A stretch of 64,000 nucleotides of DNA from Ramazzottius varieornatus (GCA_001949185.1 BDGG01000003.1:1710725-1774724); one strand, 5' to 3'. Counted from the stretch's first letter, positions 41,123 through 55,831 are shown. The notes: generated from the sequence alone by a model not told the origin. Translations and numbers: made by a program.

Positions 41123-42059
41123 CTTTGGTCTTCCTCTTTCTTGACAACGGCGAGGTATCGAACGAGTAACGTGGCCAGTAGTGCAGAAGGCATCAGGCAG
41201 AAAGTGGAAACTGGAAAGTCAGCTTAAATTCTCAGAGAAGAACAGCGAACACTCCATGAACACATCAACTCAATCAATGGTCGTCAATCAAGCGACGACT
41301 CTGGCACTAGCAAAGATTCCAGTAGATGGCGCGACGATGTAGCCACGTCGGCGTGCCAGGTGTGCACCGTATACGTGATAAGTACTACAATACTTCCCGT
41401 TTGTAGCTCTCGGTCTCGGAGTGCGGGAAGCCGTTCAAGCCAAGAACCACTTTGCCTGTGTAAACTGTCTCGAACAGGATCTTCGGTCTTTCTGTCGAAA
41501 GCGCTACAAATGGACTTCACGAAGTAAAGGAGCTTGTCTCAATCTCATGCTCTCAGTCAGCGGGACCGGTCGAGGAGTCCATGCTGGCGTACAGTAATTA
41601 CTACAAGCACTGAATCTTCCGGCAAGTACTGGTCCTTAAAAAGTGACATTGCGTGGGATCGTGGACAGCTATCTGGTCAATTTTCAAGCAAGACGCTCTC
41701 GGTACTGCTTCTGTCAGTCGATATCATACGGAGCCATTATATCGTGGCGAAACTTAGAAATCGCTCTCTGCACAAGAGACTCGAATGTTCTAGAAAAAAA
41801 TAACGACAAGTCCTCTTTCCAAGCACTAATAAATTATCAAGGAAAGAGCAGCTGCAAAAAAATGAACCCGAAGAAAAACATCACACTTTGGTCAGACAGA
41901 ACAGCGAGAAACCTTCTCGCATAAAATTACGACGAAAAATGCGGCTGGACAAAAACTCCAGACAGACGAAAACTCTGAAACCTCGAAGACAAAAAACAAA
42001 AACCGGGCACAAACACAGATCTTTCAGCAGGACGAGAAGTCAAAAGCCTTCATCTGATT

Positions 42060-45000
42060 CTAGCTAGGCAGATATTCATCTTCGTCATCTGAACCATCGC
42101 AAATTTTTCTCTTGCTTTCATCTTTCTGTGGAGTTTTCCTCGGGCGGCCTCGCGGACGCTTGGGCTCACCTGGTGCCGGTCTTTTCCTCGGTGTTCTGGG
42201 CTTCTTGAAGGTACTGTCAGCAGCTGCGGCTTTTCGCTTCATCGGCGAGGAGAGCGAACTAGACTCGCTAGCTGATGTGGAGGTTCCCAAACCCGATGCG
42301 TCGCTAGTTGACGGCTCCTCGGACAAGTCAAATTGACCTTCTTCCATCTCCATTTCTTCCACATCATCTTCCACTGTTCCTGAGTGCGCTTCGACCGGTG
42401 CATCGTCCATCGTGGCCACGTAAGTCTTGAACTGCAGCAAGAAACCATTCATGTCAATCATGCCCATCACCAAATGAATGAAATGATCGACACAAAACGA
42501 CAAGCGTTCTGGCGAAACCGCGCCTTAACATCACCGCGAACAGCAAAGCGCCATTGTGAACTGTTACGTCAGGCGGCTCACTCTTACAACGACGCGTGCA
42601 ACGCGCTCCGCTGCCGCCAGTGCTTGTTGCACAGCCGCTTTCCGAATTCAGCGGGACTGGCGGACATCCGCGTACGAAAAATTCGAATTTCCGTCTTCAA
42701 GAAGAGTTACTTTGCTTACCTCTACGAACTTTCTGACGAGAAGATCAGCAGACAGGTATTCGTTCAGCGTACCTTTGGATGTTTTGGAGACGTACTCGAC
42801 GACAGGAGTCGGTCCAAACTTGGCCGCGAGCTTTCTCGACGCGATGGGCTTCTCAAAGACAGCTCGAGGTTCCGTCGGCTTGTACTCTTTGACTCTGTCT
42901 GCCGTGATCGAGTAGCAATTCTCCAGGAACTTCTTGATACTGATCAGGAGGAAAGATGGTTGGCACTGTCGATAACAGTCTCGTAACTCAGACAGGTCAG
43001 CCGGGAGAGATCGTTTCAGGTTCTCAGCTGTTTCCATCTCGTCTTCATCATAGTCCTCGTCTTCTTTGCCTTCTTCCGTCGGGTTGGTCAGCTTGAAAGC
43101 CTTGCGGAAGCGATGGACGGCTGCCGGACAGATCATGGCCAGAATCGGGTCAATCTGGTGGATGACGAAGAGAGGCTCGTCCCATGCTCTGAAGGGAAAG
43201 TAGGCAATGTTGTCGGCAAAGTACAACAGCTGATCCAACGGCGAATCCTGAAAAACACGAAGGTCTGTTAGACGCTATCCACCATAACTCCTGAGATCAG
43301 AGCTAAGGCATCGATAACTTCTGCTACTTTTCACAGAGTAAAACGCCCGAAAAACTATCGATGCGTTTTTCGGGAGCTGGACTGTGGTAGAATCCTGGGA
43401 GAACAACCAGAACTTAACTTCTCTTCGACGCAGCCAACTGACTGAGCCCACAACTTTCTCACCTCTCGTCATACTGCCGCTGGGCAGTGTTAGTATCCTT
43501 TCACTCAAGCTAGCTCAAGGCTGGAAACAGTTTTCTGAATCACAAAACTCACAGGGAGACAGCGGGAGATGCCGATTGCAAAACTGCGAAGTTCAATGGA
43601 GACTGCTAAAATCGGAAAATCAAGCATCCGGAGCAGAAACGTGGGAACAGATGGAACCGAATCCTGTTCCACTTGACTTTCCAAGGGGAACAGAGGGAAC
43701 AGGAAGACCTGTTCCTCGAGATGCCCACTCCCTCGGATCTCGTTTAAAGTTCTAACCCTCTAATCTATCGGGACTCTAAGACTCGCCGTACTAAATCATG
43801 TTGCTTTCCAGTAAGCAGAAAACGAGTAAGATTTTCCACAGTAAAGTATTAACGAATAAAAGTCCTAGACCCTGTACTAGCGAAGCTTAGCTTTCCTGTC
43901 TGCATCTGACTTCAGACAATCTTACAAGCTGAAAACCATAGAATTCTCGCCTACTTACATCGTATTTGAAGGTATCCAGAAGAGCGTTGATGAGCTGTCG
44001 ACGAGCGTTACGGTCCGGTCGGAGAAGTTTGTACACGTAACCGACTAAGCTCGTGGACTGCGATCCATTGACGATCTTGAAGCCGCGAATCAGGTTCTTC
44101 CCCTTGCTGGTCACGGTTCTTTGGAACAAGAAGGACTCTCTGACTCCCATCAGCGTCTTCGTCTACAAAAGAAACAAAGTTGAAATCAACCACCACTGCA
44201 AAGTACAGCATTCACGACAAAAGAATCTGGGGAATAGACTTACCGGAAGTGTCCCAGGATACTTTCGATGAATTTCCTCCAGTAAAACTTCCGCCTGTGT
44301 CGACAGGTCTTCCTGTACTTCTGTAGTCGAAGAAATCAAGAACGGGACAACCTAGAAAAGAAATATACATTTAGCATAAATCACCTGCAAGAACTAAGTC
44401 CAAACTGTGAAATTTCATCAGAGACACTAGTTCTTCAGCAAAGATAAATTACCAATTGAGGGTGGGAATATCGAAGTCGAACAATGATGGACACCAAGTT
44501 CAACACGGCTCTTCGTATCTCGACGTCTTCATCCACACCACATTCCAGAACACTTTTTAAGAAGTTATAAATGATCTTTCTTGGAAGTTCCGCACTGGCA
44601 GTCTGGTTCCCGCGGAGATCCAGCGCGTTGTAGTGTTCGTTGGCCGTGGCGCTCTCTTCAATCTCTATCACCAGCGCTTCTTCATGCTCGAGATACTTCA
44701 GCAGGTTCTGCAGCACCAGCCTCTTCATCTCGGGTTTCGTACTGCTTAAGCTGAGACACGAAGTATACAAGTCGATGATCTTCTTATTTGTCATTGCTTC
44801 CGGTTTCCGGATGAAGACAAAGCCTGAAGAAGAAGAAACTTCATCAACTACCAAAAGAACTGACGTTTCACAGAGAAACTTACCGAGGCTTTTGAGTGCT
44901 TGTTGTTGGACATTCGCCGGCCATTCTCCGATCTTCAGCAAATTTAGGAGGTTGTCGATGAGGCGATCCGTGACTGGGGAAACATAGCCGAACGCTTCGC

Positions 45001-48000
45001 TGTCCAGGTCGAAATGCTGGATGAGGAGTGAGACGATACACAGTGCCCGAAGCAAGCCAGCTCTTTGCTGGTCCGTCATGGTGGCTCTTATCGACTGCGC
45101 CTTCACTACGGTCTGCCAAAACTTTTCGTAGATATCGCGAACGATCTTAAAGTTCAATGTAGCATTGTTGACGACTGCTGCTAGACATTCGACGTTCGCT
45201 TGAAGAATCTACGAAAGAAACCCAAATTCAGTTTTGAGTAAGGAAAGGAAGAGAAAATTTTTCTGAGGATATTTTCATACCTGAACGTTTACACCGGGCT
45301 TCATGAAGAGAGTAGCGCAGCTCTCTTCAATCTGCTTCAAGAAGAGGTCCGAAGGGTTCCTCATGATGGGTACGACGAGTGTCAGAATGTTCGCTGTCAG
45401 CGTGAAGATATCTTGGTCGGACTTTCCTTTCATCGTCAGGCTCAAGTACGGTGGAAGCATCTGCAAAAGAGGACACCAACCTTACATTTTAGCCGTAAAG
45501 GGGCGAACAGGCGTCTTTGTACCTGGGCATGGGTCATTACGAGGTCTGAAGAGCACTTGGCGAACAGTTTGAGCGTTTGGAAGCGCACCCTGTTGATCAC
45601 ACCAGCTTCTTCGTCCTGCAGCTTCTCTTCGTTTGTCCGCTCATCTTCCCGTCCCGACCTAGCTTTCTCCGTCAGATCACTGTCGCTGTTGACGATCTGG
45701 TTCGTCAGGCACTCGACGATGTACTTGGAAGCTGAATGGACGCTTCGATGTTTCTGACCGGCTTCTTTCTTCAACAGTTCTTTCAACATCTTCTCGAACC
45801 ATTCCATACACTTTTCTTTTTCCAGCATCTTTACCACCTCGAGAATCTGCTGCACTCTCTTCTCCACCACGATAGGGTTCTTCTTTTGCGCATTATCGAA
45901 CCAAGTCGACTGCAAACACAGAAGATGAGCCAACGCCCAAAATACAAATTTCGTCAAGTGCGTGCATACGGTGAATTGTGACATGAGCATGCCTTAGTGT
46001 ACGCAGGTCAGTGATGGGCTCACCCTTTCATACCCGTAGTCACAAGACTCATAACGTCAATCAATGATAAGAAGCATCACCTGCCCACGGGTACGCTCCT
46101 TATTTCTTCACGCTAACTGCTTGAGATACGATGTATAGATGAGTGACCGGTGCTCAGAAGCGGATACCTTCGCTAGGAAATTACCTGGAAGACTTCGTAG
46201 ACCAATTTCTTGATCGTTTCTTCATCGTTGATCCTCTTGATGATGCACTTGCACACCGTCCCACACATGTCATGCTCCGGCTGGGCCACGCAAAAGTCAT
46301 GGAGGACCTTGATAGCTCGCTTGCGAACACTGGGCGCCGTGTCCATCAGGCGCTTCAGCAGGACGTCTTGGTACAGGACCAAGTGCTGTGGATTCAGCAC
46401 GGAGTACTTGCCAATCATCTCCACCACGTTCTCGCGGATCTGCGCTGACGTATCCCACATCCTGCTTTCTACGAGGCTCTTGACGTCGTCCCGACCCATC
46501 AGCGAGCTGTCGGCGTCGATGATGGTACTCGCTGCCTTCATGGCTCGTATTCGGATCTGTAAAAACCCAGAGCGGCGTCAAATGGATGCTGTACCAAGTA
46601 AATTTCTTAAGATAAAAAAGGATGCAGTCATGGGAGTTCGGTAAAGAAAACTTGACGTGATCGTTTTCTCACTGGCGCACGTTCGCTGTGTTATTGGCTG
46701 GAAACGTGCGCCACTTGGAGAAGTGTTCTTGTCGAGTTCATTTGCTGAGGTCCTATTATCAAACCTGCATGGTGTTGTCGGCCGCCATCCTGAGTACCGC
46801 TCGGAAGTACTTGTCGAAGCTCGTTGCGAACTGTCTCTTGGAAGCGAACTGCCTGGCGATCAGCTTGGCCGATTCAGCGTCGACTAAGTTCTTCCCGGAA
46901 GCCGAGACGCCTTTCCTCTCCTGGCTCACGGCAGTCTTCATGAAGCTGACCACCGCGGCCTTGGTTCTTTCCTGTTCCGATGGACCATACCTTCTATACT
47001 CGGGCTCGTCATCGTCGACCTACCGCACAAGAAGGTCTCGTTAGCTCATAGAACCCCGAAACGAGGGAAATCTTCAAGGCAAGCTTACCTGATCTTTCAG
47101 CGTAGCTGTGGAACCACTGAACGCGTCGTGGTACCACTGTGCCAGGTAGTAGTTGGCTGCATAGCTGGGTGCCGGAACATTCTGCCACACGTAGTGGAGG
47201 AGACCTTGTTGGAAGAGGTTGTTCTCATCGGGTACGTCGCAGGTGTCTATTTCGAGGCCGCCATCGTTCAGCATAATAAAAGCTTGATAGAGCTGCAGTG
47301 AAGAAAACAGTTTCAATGGTTTGTTTTATAATCATCTCTTCCCAGAGCTTTTCAGGTTTCTTACTTTGGTAACGACTTCCTGGATTTGACCTGGATTTTC
47401 CTTGATGCTCATACTGTCTTTCCTCATTCGGCTGGTGATTAACCCGAGCGACTCGATGGAAGCGTACCGGAAGTTGGCATCAACGGCTTTGTCGTTGAAT
47501 GTTCTGAGTAGAATGACACCTAGAATACTGAGCAAGCTTTCGGCCGCCGGCCACTCTGGTCGGTTGACGGTTACCAGTAGGTCCAGGACGAAGTTCTCGA
47601 AGAGCGGCCGGAAGTCATCATCGCCCTTGGTGGCGCACTTGTGGAAGAACGTCGTCAGAACATTCTGAGCACACCTAGCAAACCAAAAGCGCAATCAATA
47701 CAGATTAAAAGCTTCTCACAACCATTCTAGATATTATTATAAATTATTTCTTCCAAGTACTACAGAAATGTTAACGAACCGAGTGCAGTCATCGTAGCTG
47801 ACCAAGACAGTCGTCTCGAAGTCTTCGCCCTTTACATCGCCTTTGTGCATCAACTGTCTCTTTGTCGGTAATCTCGCGATGCTCTGCACCAGATGCAGTA
47901 GCAACGCCGAGATCATCTGGATACTCTCCGTATCGGAAATCATGTAATTTCTCAAGTTTCTCTTCGAGCTAGGCAGTCGTGCCAATGAGGATAGGATGTC

Positions 48001-51000
48001 ATCACATATCACCTCTCGCATCTTCTCATGTCTGGAGAAGATACTGGTGAGGAGCTTGAGAGACTTCAGCTGCAAGTCCCTCACGTTCTCCACGAAAAAC
48101 GCCGAGACAGCCAGTGAAGCCAGCGAGTACAGGAAGGGTTCTTCTAGGGTACCCATCGGCACCAACTCGGCAAACAGCGAAACGATATCCTCGAACCGGG
48201 AATACAGCTTCTTCGTCGATTCATCTTGTCCGCCCATTCCTCTTGCTCGTTTCTGTAAAAAAAGCCAAAAGAGTAGTCATATCGGAATGTCCCCGATCAA
48301 AAGGTACCACTTATGACGCCCCTGCACACGTAAGCTTGCTGAGTCAGTGCAGTACCAAACTATGCAAGTGTCCGTCTCACAAACCTTCATTCTCCTGCAC
48401 ACACTGATCAGTTCGTTCAGGTATCACAGGTATTACCGTAGTGGCACTTGCCTGTTTGATCTTCGATACGAATCCATCTTTCGCATGTGCTGAGTGGCTG
48501 TACAATGGATCGAATGCCGGGTAGATCGTCTCGGGCAGATGGTATTTCGCGAAGCGTATGGCTGCTTGCGTGACATCAGCGTTGAAGCAATCCTTCCCCA
48601 CTTTCGGTGAAGTCATGATGCTCAGCGCTGCCACAGCTGCTTCAGCACCTCGGATGATCCGCGAGTTCAGGATCTCTCTCCACTGTCCAGCCTCCGACTG
48701 GTCCGATTCCTGTTCAGAAGAAACCTGACAATTCGATTACAAACAACGCTGAGCAAAGAAAATAAACTCTAATTTTGTTTCCTAGGTCAGAGATCGGCAA
48801 AAATAATAGATTCCAACCGTTACGCATCTGCATACATGGACATCATGAAATTTCCATGAGCTGATGTATGCACGTGAGTTTAATCACCTTCCATCTAATT
48901 CACTGACTTTTTCACGATCTTCTTACTACAATTTTGTACAACTAGAGAACTATTCATTAGGGTTATTCGAGTCAGGGCTTCAAGTTACCTGTTGGGAGGC
49001 GAGCAAGTCGGAAGGAAGGACAAATCCAAACAGCACCGTGGGTAGAATGCCCACCAGCACTTCCTTCAGTTTCTCCATGGGGACGTGTTGCGCCTGGTTC
49101 TGGCTCTTCAGCTTCGTGGCTTCCTCCACCATGTTTCTACACAAGTTGTGCGACATAACAGCCTCCGATGGAATGTCCGAGTCTGCAATCTCTGCATCAG
49201 GATCACCGAGGATTAGATGACTGATATCACACTGACTGGCATGTCTGAGGACCCTATCGGCCACTTTAGAGAAGCTACGGACCACTGGGTGTTCTTCCAT
49301 CACTATCTGGCTGATTTCAGGAGAGAAAGGCTGGCCCTGACTCAGGAAATTATCGCTCTGACTAGAAGGACCTGTACGAACTCGGTGAGCGGGTTTACGA
49401 GGCTTCGAGGAAGAGGAAGTGCCTCCGAGGTCGGACATGACATCCCAGAAGACTTCCCAGGCTGTGTCCACCGAGACGGTAGAAATCTTCAGGCTTAACT
49501 TGAACGGGTCGAACACTTCTGTCGAGGAAATTAACGGGTCACTTCTCTCTTCCACCTGCAACACCCGACAAAAATTTATATTTCAGATTCTTCAAAATGG
49601 AGAACCACTTCAGCCAACAAACTCGACAGATTGTTTTCGCAAGTGGCGCATGTTTTCAGCGTTACTGGCAGGTAGCGTGCGCCACCTATAAAAGCGATCG
49701 TGCCGAGTTTGTTTGCCGAGCTCGCAATACTAAAGATGTTCCAGACTATCTTTTGTTACCGAGCGTTTACCTGCTTGTTTTCTGAAAGGGGCTTGGACTG
49801 AGACATCATCGGAGTATTTTTCTGGAATATTTCGGGACTGTCGACTCTGTCATCGGAATAGTTCTCCGACTGTACGAATCGGTTCTCGTCTTTGCCTTCA
49901 TTCAACGCATTATCATGCTTCTTCTTCAGCGGATTCGGCACTTTGATCTTGATGGGAGGTGGTGGAATTTCGTACTCTGGCGAATCTTTGGGTGTGAACT
50001 GCGAGGTGACTCTGAGCTTCTTGACAGGCGGAAGGTCGGAAGCCGCTGAAGATTTTGAGTTCTTCAGCGAGATCTTCATGATGATGGGTGGTTCGCCGTT
50101 TCTCGGATGAGCAGGCGAAGAAGTATTGCTCCCCGACTGGGACTTCTGCAACTGTGATGAAGATGACGGTGAAGACGTCGAGGGCTCACAGACTGCGGGA
50201 GGAAGAGTGTGCGTTCCTGCGAGAAAAACCGAGTGCAACATAACCCCAAAATTTGTACTGCCTCTAAACTTTGCGTCATTTTTGAAATCTCGACTGACGG
50301 TATCACTAGCTCTTACCTGCTGCGTTTCGTTTGGATTTTGTAAAAGCAGTTGGGTCCACGCGCTGGACGTGCTTTTGTAAGGAAGACGGCGAGCCAATCT
50401 TTGGTCCATTCGGGTTATTTACCAGCAGGGCTTCCGCAGCCTTGCTGCTTCTATCAAACACCCTAAAAAGATAAAGAAGATTCTACATTGAACGCTGTGC
50501 TGTACTTATCCTTGCTGATAGAAAGAGCCGTAGTTTGGAGAAGAAGTCTTACGCTTCAGGCGGGTTAGTCGCAGCTAATTGCGCCATCACCGACTGCATG
50601 AGAATTTGCGATGGATTCTGCAGAAGCTTTTCCGCTTGATCCTTCATCGCGCTACTGTCGAAGAGCGAGTCGTGAAGTGTGCCGGTGGGAGTAGGCCAGT
50701 TCTCCAGCAAAGCTGTAATGCAATTACGATATTACATAATTCAATAACGATGGGATCTAGAAAAAAATCTACGGTGGAAGATTCTCACAAGGAGAAGGGA
50801 CTCCGACGTTGAGGAACAAACTGGACGGAATACTGGTAGTGCTTTGGAGAGGTGCCACGGCCTGACTAGCAGGGAATACTGAGGTAGAAGGTTGTGCTAC
50901 GGGGAGCGTCAAATAATGTGCCGTACTGACGGCTGCAGGAGATGCGGAAGTGTAACCGGGGTAATAATTCGGAGCTGCGGCGTGAGTGGCATTGAAGCCT

Positions 51001-51074
51001 GCATGAGCTTGTTGTGAGGCCGCATAGTTCGGCTGAGCGGGATGATATCCCGGATAAGCTCGTCCAGGATCCAT
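42060..51074 (-). CDS. NIPBL: Nipped-B-like cohesin loader (Scc2), many exons, HEAT repeats
   Basis: FRPLFENFVLDLLVTVNRPEWPAAE, SSLARLPSSKRNLRNY, RLMDTAPSVRKRAIKVLHD, YFADNIAYFPF and DEPLFVIHQID. Confidence 0.95.
46630..46756. mobile_element. Palindromic MITE-like element, copy 13 (NIPBL intron)
   Basis: TGGGAGTTCGGTAAA...TGGCGCACGTT...AACGTGCGCCACTTGG...TTTGCTGAGGTCCTA. Confidence 0.85.
49605..49729. mobile_element. Palindromic MITE-like element, copy 14 (NIPBL intron)
   Basis: ACAAACTCGACAGATTGTTTTCGCAAGTGGCGCA...TGCGCCAC...CGAGTTTGTTTGCCGAGCTC. Confidence 0.85.
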
Positions 51075-51629
51075 CGCAAAGAAATCTAAGGCGCACGAGC
51101 CAAAGAATATTCTGCAAAATAAAGAGATATTAAAGCACTCTTAGTATCAATGAATCAACCTAGAAAAGCATCCATCAAAGTAACGATATTCAAAAGATTA
51201 TTCCTTTCTCAATCCCGCACGTTGTCTGCTTCGTAAGCTGTTATTTCTCGACATAAGAGGTGCGAAACCAATGACAAAAACTGCGGAGCTCACCTGCAAA
51301 TTCGACGCGAAAAAGCACAAGGAGACTGTGATGCACGATTTATCTGTCGATAGACCTCGTCAGTGCCACGGAACACAACACGTCGCTGTAAAATCCGCCG
51401 GGCAATCCATGTCCACCTAGAAATAACGTTCCTTCTCCTTCGGGTTTCTCCTGAAGATCCATTCTGCAAATAACCAAAACATACACAAGGTAAGGTGAAG
51501 GGAAATAAAGAGAAAGGAAGATCACAGGAAAATCATCTAGAAAGTTAAAACTTAAAATCAAATTTTCCTAGCAGGACAACAGGAACAAACCAAGCTGTTC
51601 TCATAGTTCGCTTGGTTCTCACCTATGTT

Positions 51630-51860
51630 GAAACTTGGGCGAAGCGGCGCAGCTGCGCATCATAACTATAGGCTTTTTGCGATGTTTGCCGTTCGGTTCA
51701 AACTTCACAGGGAGTCGTCAGAGGAACCAAAGGAGCGGGGAAAATAAATCAAAATTCCAACGACGGATTTTCTCCTCAGAGTCAGATTTTCCTCTTCCGA
51801 CCTTCTCGTCCCCAAAATCTTCACGTGATACTCGTACCGTTCAGATCTCTTGTACTGGAA
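51630..51860. promoter_or_regulatory. Probable bidirectional promoter region between NIPBL (-) and PRPF38B (+)
   Basis: Head-to-head genes with start codons 953 bp apart. Splice-donor-like sites face outward on both sides (about 51620 on -, 51862 on +). No transcription start data. Confidence 0.5.
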
Positions 51861-52026
51861 GGTAAGTGAGCATTGAGTGTGCGGATCATCAAACTATACT
51901 TGCTCAAAGGGGAAGCTTTGCCGCAGGTATCCTTGAGCGTGTAGCTCGTTAGTTCGGACTAACGCTTCTGCTGTCTTGAAATCCACCCGCCATTTGGCTG
52001 GCCGTTTCCTTCGTCGACCGGGAGCC

Positions 52027-54050
52027 ATGGCTGAAGACCAGGAAATGGACATGGGGGATGATCTGGAGGCGATTATGCTTGGTGGAGTCGGGGGAGTGAA
52101 GAAGAAAGGAAACATCTTACCAGTATGGTATGTCACTTTGCTCTTACGTTGACATCACCTTCACTTTTGAGTTTCTTCCAGGGGAAACGAGAAAACTATG
52201 AATTTGAACAATATGGTCTTGACGAATATCCTTCAGTCTCCCTATTACAAGGTCCACCTGGCTGAAATCAGGACATACCACGAGGTGAGATTTCACGGAA
52301 ATAGTTTGATTTGGTGGTGTCCTCGGTTGATTAAAGAGTCTATCTTGATTCACAGGTGCTGGATCAAATCTACAATCATGTAAGTTGCTCCTGTGTGCTC
52401 CGACTTTACTTTATCCTTGACGTTTTATTGCTCAGGTGAACCATCTGGAGCCATGGGAGAGAGGTAGCCGAAAAACATCGGGTCAGATTGGAATGTGTGG
52501 TGGAGTAAGTATGACTAGGATATCCCTCATGCGTGAATTGCTTTTTCGTAAAAATTTCATCTATACTCGTCTTATATCAACAAAGTGTTTTAATCTTGCT
52601 TCTCGCAGGTGAGAGGTGTTGGGACTGGTGGTATCGTATCCTCTGCTTTCTGCCTCCTGTACAAGCTTTTCACGTTGAAGATAACCCGAAAGCAGCTGAA
52701 CGGACTCATCAACCACGAAGATTCACCTTACATTCGCGGCATTGGCTTCATGTACATTCGCTTCTGCCAGCCGCCGGCTGACTTGTGGGAATGGTTGGAA
52801 CCCTACTTGGACGATCCAGAGGTAACTTGTGGTCGTTACCTTTTCTTGTAATAAAAGAATTCATTTTTTTGAGTTTACCGTCGCAACGTCAGCCATCTTG
52901 TTTCGTAGGAAGTGGACCCGAAAGCTGGCACCGGAGATCCGATGACGATAGGCATGGTCGTGCAGCAGCTTCTCACCCGACTGGACTGGTATGGCACCCT
53001 TTTCCCTCGCATCCCTGTTCCCATCCAGAAACAGATCGACCAAAAGCTCAAAGACAAAAGACGAGACCAGCAGAATGAAAGGTTCGCACGTCGAAACGAA
53101 GACGATGCCAGACGGGAACAGATGCGCAGGTAGGATGGCTTCCGCTGACTCGCGTGTACTGTAGACTTCCAGTAACAGCTTGCTTTGTAGGCAATCGCCG
53201 GACAAAGACAACCGCAGAAGGTCTGTTGAGATGCGTTGAAATTACCGTTGACAGTGAGTTCCGACCGCACTGCTCAAAATCGCCTTTTTCCTTCTGACCC
53301 AGTCTAATTTCTGAATTTTACCACGTGTTTTCTTATTTGGGAAAATAGGTCGAGATCGCCTGTTCGAGGCCGTTTGCCTTCTCCACCACGAAGGGAGTTT
53401 CGAAGACCGGAAGAAAACAGTCGCCGCGATGATCGTCGACGTTCGCCGGATCGCGCTCGTCGAGATGATCGCCGTCCTTCTCCTCCAGCTCGCCGACGTT
53501 CGCCTTCTCCGCTGGCACGAGGAGGGGATCAACGGTCTCCGATTCGCAGACCGGATCGGGAGAACGTGAGACGATCACCCGATCGTCGACGAGAAGAATC
53601 TCGACCAGAGAGACGCCGTAGTCCGGATGAGTTCTCGGCTTTGCTGGAACGCGAGAAGAAACGCCAGGAGAAAGATAAGTCCGAAGGAAATTCGAGGAAG
53701 GATACGTATGACGCTAAAAGCAAGTAAGCAGTGATTCGGAGTATAGAATAGAACTGCCGTGGACCTTACTGAATGTGTTAATGTAGGATTATGGACTGAT
53801 ATTCTGTGTTCGTAGAGTGAAGCAAAGTTCCTCGCGTTCGGTGGAAAGTGATGGTGGGCATTCGTCCGACAGTTCAGGAACTTTGAGACGAAAGGGTAAG
53901 GAGAAACTGGAGCGACACAAGAAGCACAAATCCTCCAAGCATAGAAAGCAGGAGCGAGAGGAACGTCCAGGTGCTGAGCCGAATCGGGATCGTCGAAGAT
54001 CGAAGGAAAGAGCCGACAGGGAAGGCCGAGATAGAACTGATCGAAGATGA
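52027..54050 (+). CDS. PRPF38B: Pre-mRNA splicing factor 38B with an RS/RD-rich tail
   Basis: NILPVWGNEKTMNLN, HLEPWERGSRK, GMCGGVRGVGTGGIVSSAFCLLYKL, DSPYIRGIGFMYIR and WYGTLFPRIPVPIQK. Includes micro-exons of 24 nt (52356-52379) and 30 nt (53191-53220). Confidence 0.95.
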
Positions 54051-54919
54051 AGAAGTTTTTAGGTTTGGAGGATGTTACCACTTTTTTTAGACGTTGTACA
54101 CTTCACTCTGATTTTGATACCTTGTTTTGGCATTGTTATTCCTACAGCTGACACTAGCGCTCGTTTGTGAAGACTAAGAGGCTTGGTCTTCAGGTAGGCA
54201 TCGTCCAGCTGCAGCACTATAAAGGGTCGAAGATTAAATTTCGTCCTGCGTTCTTCTGTCGTCTGGTTCTTGGATCAGAAGTGGGCTGATAAGATCGCAG
54301 ATCAATTATTGTCGTGGCTACACAGTACTAAGTTAGAACAGCTCAAAAAGTGCGAAGGCAGAAGTCCAAAGTCCCGGCCTATTACGCAAGGCAGTCAGAT
54401 TTTTGTTCTCATGCTTCTTGAGCGTTCTCTGCTTCGGGATCCTCGGCTCAGCTTTTTAGCAAGTATTCCATTGGGTAGAGAAGACGAACCATGAAAGCAG
54501 GAGCACGCGTATTACTACTCGGGTTTCCGGTTGAATGAATGCACTCGTCATCGGTTAAGCTGGTTGATTATGGCATCACGTGCGGAATAGCGCTAACGTC
54601 ATACGCTGCAATCTTACGATACGCCACCTGCTACCCACCACCTAGCCCTCGACGATGGTAACCCATGACTGCCACCAGGATTGAACTAAGGTGGTACATG
54701 TAACCGCTCCCATGATAGAAACTGCATGAGAAAGCGAAAATAAAAAAATTTAATGGTAAAAGATCGCTGTCTCGATTTCTCGCTACTCCGCTTTCTCCAT
54801 CACTTTCTTAGGATACTTTTTCATTCTATCTTCTGTACTAATGCCAGCTGTTTCCTGAGGCTTCTTTCGGTCGTTCGAATGTCTTCCCTTGTCTAAGTTT
54901 CGCAGGTTCAACCACCACA

Positions 54920-55831
54920 ATGGGCGCGAAGCCCAGCACACAGCAGCCTCTCCGTCCTCGCTCCGACACCTTTCCCCATGGAAACTCTACGTCCCCTGGA
55001 CCATCCAGCTATCACCAGAACGGGGGAGAAAGTACCAACGGCAGTCTGTTTGCAGGTCCTAGCTCCATACTACGGAATGGCTCATCAGCAGGCACACGAT
55101 CACGAGGCGCTTCACCAGGCAGCACAGAAGCTGCTAGTTCTGCTGCGGCCAGAAGACTGCGCAGTATGTCTGCCGTGGAACAACCCCAGACTTCTCTTTC
55201 ACACCGTCGGACTGCCATGTCTGCCTCTGATTCAGATGACAGTTCACCCGAGACAGACGAGAACTATGCCGTGCTGAGGATTCCCGGATCGTTGCCTCTT
55301 CGATTGTTCCAGTTATCAGGTTAGCTTTGATTGTTGATTGGTTACTCTCATTTCGATGCGATTTTGTACTTTCTTATCCAGGATTCAAATGTCCAGTTTG
55401 TAACAAGAAAGTCGCTTCCGACATTGTCGAATTACACTTGGTAGAGTGTCTTACAAAGCCCCGGATAATTTACAACGGTACGCGAAAGAAACTTGGGAAT
55501 CAGGAATTTTTCTTATGAATATTAATGATATTTTCTGAGATATTTATAGAAGACATAGTGACGGAAAATAATAAGGGCGAATGTGTCATTTGTCTGGAAG
55601 AGATGGAATCGGGACATACGATCGCGCGTTTACCGTGCCTCTGTATATATCATAAACGGTACGGAATATTCTTCTTCTAAAATTCGGCAGTAGTGTGTCA
55701 TAGTTTTCTTGAGTAATGGCAAAAGCACTTTGCTGTAATTGAGTATTGATTTTTGTGCCTTACTCTCTTGCAGATGCATCGACTCGTGGTTTAAAGTGAA
55801 CCGATCCTGTCCGGAGCATCCCGGTGACTAG
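54920..55831 (+). CDS. ZNRF2: ZNRF1/2-like E3 ubiquitin ligase (N-myristoylation motif, zinc finger, RING-H2), 4 exons
   Basis: MGAKPS start; GFKCPVCNK...HLVECLTKPRIIYN; GECVICLEE...IARLPCLCIYHKRCIDSWFKVNRSCPEHPGD stop. Confidence 0.93.

Noticed and set aside
42384-42986. 200-aa plus-strand ORF and other long ORFs opposite NIPBL exons
   Set aside because: Antisense shadows of NIPBL coding exons.
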